From: Chthoniobacteraceae bacterium
Lineage (GTDB): Bacteria; Verrucomicrobiota; Verrucomicrobiia; Chthoniobacterales; Chthoniobacteraceae
Direction: 5' to 3'
Assembly (NCBI GenBank): GCA_031409655.1
Contig: JANNXQ010000154.1
Location: 1-39,522 of the forward strand
DNA: 39,522 nt
In this document: positions 37,101 to 39,522 of the stretch, one piece after another
Layout of the letters: every line of letters starts with the position of its first letter
How positions within the stretch are numbered: the stretch's first letter is position 1
Program-made: the position numbers and the translations under genes
The notes under the pieces: generated by a model
Database searches by the model: none
Told to the model about the DNA's origin: nothing
Seen by the model: the letters and a program-made list of their open reading frames with translations, nothing else

Positions 37101-37298
37101 CGTTTTCGTGATCGCCTGCTCGCGAAGATCCAACCGCAGCCCGGCCTCGCGCGTCTTCGCGTCGAAGCCATGACAGTGGAAACAGGTGTCCGACATGATC
37201 GGGCGGATGTCGCGATTGAAGGACACCGGCCCCTCCGCGCCGAAAGCCAGGGTCGGCGCGAGCACGGCAAGCGAGAGGGCAGGGAAAAGTCGGCTCAT
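34188..37298 (-). CDS. Planctomycete cytochrome C + DUF1549 (PSCyt2) + DUF1553 (PSD1) protein
   Basis: Signal peptide; VSFNRDIRPIMSDTCFHCHG, LLRRLSLDLTGLPPT, GERMAVWWLDVARF, CAECHDHKFDPI, NPITARAVMNRLW, PSHPELLDW, RRLEAE, TPQQALTLLND; start reassigned to 37298. Confidence 0.93.
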   Translation of the reverse strand: MSRLFPALSLAVLAPTLAFGAEGPVSFNRDIRPIMSDTCFHCHGFDAKTREAGLRLDLREQAITKTEDGVIPIVPGKPEESAIIERIFSSDKDELMPPPKAHKALTQAQKETIKRWVAEGAVYEAHWAYAPLVRTEVPEVGSGKSEVGNPIDAFIREKLAVKKIAPSPEAAKAKLLRRLSLDLTGLPPTPEESATFAADGAPEAYEKQVDRLLASPRFGERMAVWWLDVARFTDTVGFHGDQNQRIFPYRDYVISAFNTNKRFDQFTIEQLAGDLLPNPTKEQLVATGYNRLNMMTREGGAQPKEYLAKYGAERVRSVAAAWFGSTFGCAECHDHKFDPIKTADFYALQSFFADVKQWGVYSDYGYTKNPELAGFSNEHPFPPEIEVESPYLVARKKQAEGELNAHFGAVRSKLAKDAKATAQFEKWIAESRDFLAAEPTGWSTPSVSARIFKDAKPVADGDVAIGKGQAVEFGRLLGKGEDLRITLHSEVGRVAALRVEVAAGKRNETELANGSQRRGLKVAASVRAADGKERKLAISFAEANAKEPSYADGREVVGVLSNWKLPRAKTEHSPSSVWLLDPPVQLAAKEKLVVTITGDSALPLRIRTTPFAAVDPLRVAAKSVRDALLAEARTEQQRNLLADTWLLSTAVDRAAFDKCKQLAAASRSFNNGRAWTMVTQATDPLTIRVLPRGNWQDETGAVVLPSSPSFLPGRVESTEGKRLTRLDLAKWIVSKENPITARAVMNRLWAQFFGTGLSAVVDDLGSQGELPSHPELLDWVASEFRESGWDFKRMVRLFVTSATYRQSSSLRPELRDLDPANRLLASQNPRRLEAEFVRDNALFIAGVLNTRDIGGPSMKPYQPEGYYDALQFPDRDYANSTGPDQWRRGLYMHWQRTFLHPMLANFDAPARDECAAARVVSNTPQQALTLLNDPTFVEAARLFAARLLTAKDASDDERIQRAFQFAYAREPKAKEVESLKKFLGEQREQFAVTPDDAAKLLKIGQSPPSGGDPTELAAWTSLSRVILNAHEVITRY
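36856..36883. repeat. Heptamer tandem repeat (CCGACTT)x4 inside a CDS
   Basis: CCGACTT-CCGACTT-CCCACTT-CCGACTT; encodes EVGSGKSEVG in an interdomain linker. Confidence 0.8.
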
Positions 37299-37388
37299 AA
37301 AAGTGGACCGGAAAGTAACCGGCGTCAGCGCTGGATCAAATCCGTTACTGCGCTCGGAAATTAGGCAGGGTTTGGAGAGACGCGAAAC

Positions 37389-37450
37389 CAAGGAGTTGGG
37401 GCGCCCTCGCCCCAAGTAGATTCTCGGGGCGAGGGCGCCCCTACTCCTTG
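37389..37450. repeat. REP doublet (REPIN-like palindrome), family A copy 3
   Basis: CAAGGAGTTGGGGCGCCCTCGCCCCAAG-TAGATT-CTCGGGGCGAGGGCGCCCCTACTCCTTG; nearly identical to the reverse complement of copy 2; 13 nt after the M60 stop. Confidence 0.9.
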
Positions 37451-37463
37451 AAAGGTAACCACT

Positions 37464-39521
37464 CTAGCGCGCCGTCATCCCGGGCGGCATCCACGCGGGC
37501 AGGCTGGCCACGGACTTGGCGGCTTCGTCACTCACGGGCACGCCCCAAGTGCGGAAAAAGGGCGCGAGATTTTTCCCGGCCGCGCGCGAGAAACGCGTCA
37601 TCCACTGGTCGCGCCTTTCGTTGTCATTCTTCGGGCGCTGCTCCTTGGTCAGGGTGCGATACTCGGCAAACACCTTCTGATACGTCTCCCAGTCAAAGGC
37701 ATCCTGCATCTGGATGTACATGCTGAGCGCGGTGAAGGGCTCCGCTTTCCAGCGCTCAAAGTTCGGTGACGGCGCCGCGAGGAATTTTTTATGCAAGTCG
37801 ATGACGGGCCCTTTGCCTTCGTGCGCGTATTCCCGCGGCTTCACCCCGCACAGCTTTTCAAAGACGTAGAGGCTGAAAAGATTGCAGGTCACTTCGCCCG
37901 TGCCTTCGAAGGTCCAGTCCGAGACTTGGTGATTGTGGCCGAGTTCGTGGAAGATGCCCCAGTTGCCTTTGAGCAGCGCGGCGCGGTCGGTGAATTTCTC
38001 CGGCTGATCCAGCCACGTCATGATCGGGTAACCGGCGTGCATGTAGCCGGCGGAGATCTGCTCGTCGCAGACGATCCGCTCGGGACGTTCGCGCTCGGCG
38101 GGGATGGCCGCGAGCTCCGCTTGGAGATCGAGCACGCGATCCCACACGTCCATCAGGGCCTTGGGATCGTCGAGCTGGCGCAGGACTTCGCTGGGCAGGG
38201 TGAGGATCACTTTGGCGGTCGCGAGTTCCCCCCAGGGCGCGGGGGCGACGCGGATTTTCGCCCGCCAATCCGCCACGCTCGTCTTCCCGTGGACGTAGAG
38301 TGGCGCAGCGACCGCGCCGGAAATTTGCACCGCGACGAGGCCGAGATCCGCGTCCTTCGGAACGTCGATGTACACCAACCCGCCAAACCCTCCCGCCGCC
38401 TTCGTCGTCGCCGCATCGAGCGGAAACTCGCGCGTGATCTCGGGGAAACGCTTCCAGGAATCGAGGTGCCACAACTCGTCTTTGTGCGCCCCGATGCGCA
38501 CGCGCAGCTTCTTCTTCGCCGCCGCCGCAGGGATGGTGAAGGTGAGCACTTCGCCCGGCGCCGCGTAGAGCCCGGTGCTGTGCCAGGCGGGCACTTTCGT
38601 ATCCACAGACACCGCGACATTCCCGAGCCGCGGCGCGGCTTTCGCCACCGGGCCGGGGAAGATCTCCGCCGCCGGATGCGCGCGCGTCTGCTCCGGCGGC
38701 AGCTTCCGGAGGGTTTGTCCCTGGAGGGTGAGCAGGAGGCGTCCGGCGAGATTGTCCACTGCGACCGGGGCTTTTTGCGAGGGCACCACGTTGGTCTCGG
38801 CATTGGCCGCGAGCGCGCGCACGCGGGCCAGGAAGAGCGCATCATCCGGCGGCAGGTTTTCCATTGCGCCGACCAAGGTGGAACTGACGAGCATCGCCTC
38901 AGCAGCGTTTAATTTCCCCTTTCCACCGATCTGCGCGCTGGCCGCCGCCAGCGCCCTGCCCGCGTGCGCGAGCGGCGGCACTTCCGGGCTGACGCTGAAG
39001 CCGCCCGCGGTGGTGTCGCTCAAAGTATCGTCCGCGATGATCAGCCCGGCGGCGTGGAGCAGCCGATTCACGGGGAGGTCGGTGGCCAGTTCTTTGCCGG
39101 GATTCAATTGCTTCCAGCCCCAGCCCGTCGCCGAGGTGATGAAGCCGCCGCCCACGCGAATGAACTTCACGATCGCGTCCACGTCGCCGGCCTTGATCCG
39201 GCCCGCGTCGGCCACGAGCACGGAGTTGGGCGCGAGCGCCGCGAGATTCGCCGGCGTGGTGAAGAGTCCCAGCGCGGCAAGGCCATCGCGCAGTGAACGG
39301 TCACCGAGCGTCACGAGGCCGGACTGCGCTCCACCGCGACCGGCCCAGGCGATGCAGTTGCGCAGAAACGCCGCCGTGTCCGCTTCCTTGAGCGTGGCCG
39401 CATCGAAGTAGCCACCGTGCCCGAACACCACGACGCGCCCCGCGCCCAATCGCGCCGCGCCCACGACCGGCTGCACCGTCTTGTCCGCCTTGCCCACGAC
39501 GACGGGGAACGCCGCGTCGCC
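37464..39521 (-). CDS. M60-family (TCAF/FAM115-like) zinc metallopeptidase, 5' end beyond the window
   Basis: WHSTGLYAAPGE, FGGLVYI, PWGELAT, QISAGYMHAGYPI, WGIFHELGHNHQ (HExxH), EVTCNLFS; the frame stays open to the window edge. Confidence 0.9.
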   Translation of the reverse strand, partial: GDAAFPVVVGKADKTVQPVVGAARLGAGRVVVFGHGGYFDAATLKEADTAAFLRNCIAWAGRGGAQSGLVTLGDRSLRDGLAALGLFTTPANLAALAPNSVLVADAGRIKAGDVDAIVKFIRVGGGFITSATGWGWKQLNPGKELATDLPVNRLLHAAGLIIADDTLSDTTAGGFSVSPEVPPLAHAGRALAAASAQIGGKGKLNAAEAMLVSSTLVGAMENLPPDDALFLARVRALAANAETNVVPSQKAPVAVDNLAGRLLLTLQGQTLRKLPPEQTRAHPAAEIFPGPVAKAAPRLGNVAVSVDTKVPAWHSTGLYAAPGEVLTFTIPAAAAKKKLRVRIGAHKDELWHLDSWKRFPEITREFPLDAATTKAAGGFGGLVYIDVPKDADLGLVAVQISGAVAAPLYVHGKTSVADWRAKIRVAPAPWGELATAKVILTLPSEVLRQLDDPKALMDVWDRVLDLQAELAAIPAERERPERIVCDEQISAGYMHAGYPIMTWLDQPEKFTDRAALLKGNWGIFHELGHNHQVSDWTFEGTGEVTCNLFSLYVFEKLCGVKPREYAHEGKGPVIDLHKKFLAAPSPNFERWKAEPFTALSMYIQMQDAFDWETYQKVFAEYRTLTKEQRPKNDNERRDQWMTRFSRAAGKNLAPFFRTWGVPVSDEAAKSVASLPAWMPPGMTAR

Positions 39522-39522
39522 G

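Noticed and set aside
37299..37415. N-terminal extension of the PSD1 protein reaching into REP copy 3 (a second in-frame REP)
   Set aside because: ATG 37298 gives a clean signal peptide; the upstream TTG start lies within the repeat and has no support

Overview
This is a GC-rich bacterial chromosomal window. Its gene content (two DUF1501 genes, a PSCyt1/DUF1549/DUF1553 cytochrome protein, an LEPRxLL-like exoprotein) and its Shine-Dalgarno-poor, pyrimidine-rich start contexts point to the PVC superphylum, most likely Verrucomicrobiota (Chthoniobacterales-like); this taxonomy is inference. Left to right: purS, a Pmp3-family gene, purQ, purL and an FAD oxidoreductase; a minus-strand run of lgt, a hypothetical, a LysM protein and accA; a secreted DPBB-like protein; ATP-type pfkA; a Gly-rich beta-solenoid exoprotein; a membrane protein; a lone pilC/gspF; an orphan DUF1501; a signal-peptide/TPR/cytochrome c protein; a periplasmic rhodanese; an 11.5 kb surface-glycan operon (asnB-like, 3 GT2, 4 GT4, acyltransferase, Wzy-like); a secreted hypothetical; a PL10-like lyase; a DUF1549/1553 + DUF1501 pair; and a 5'-truncated TCAF-like M60 peptidase. 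I found no rRNA, tRNA, CRISPR array, transposase or prophage. The most striking unexplained structure is small repeat DNA that appears to be translated. There are three copies of a GTAG-type REP doublet, and the only copy whose length is a multiple of 3 sits in frame inside a glycosyltransferase. A second 162-bp REP-like doublet with compensatory hairpin changes lies inside a small ORF coupled into the glycan operon. Heptamer tandem repeats occur at gene ends and inside a CDS. All family assignments come from motif recognition by eye, not from database searches.
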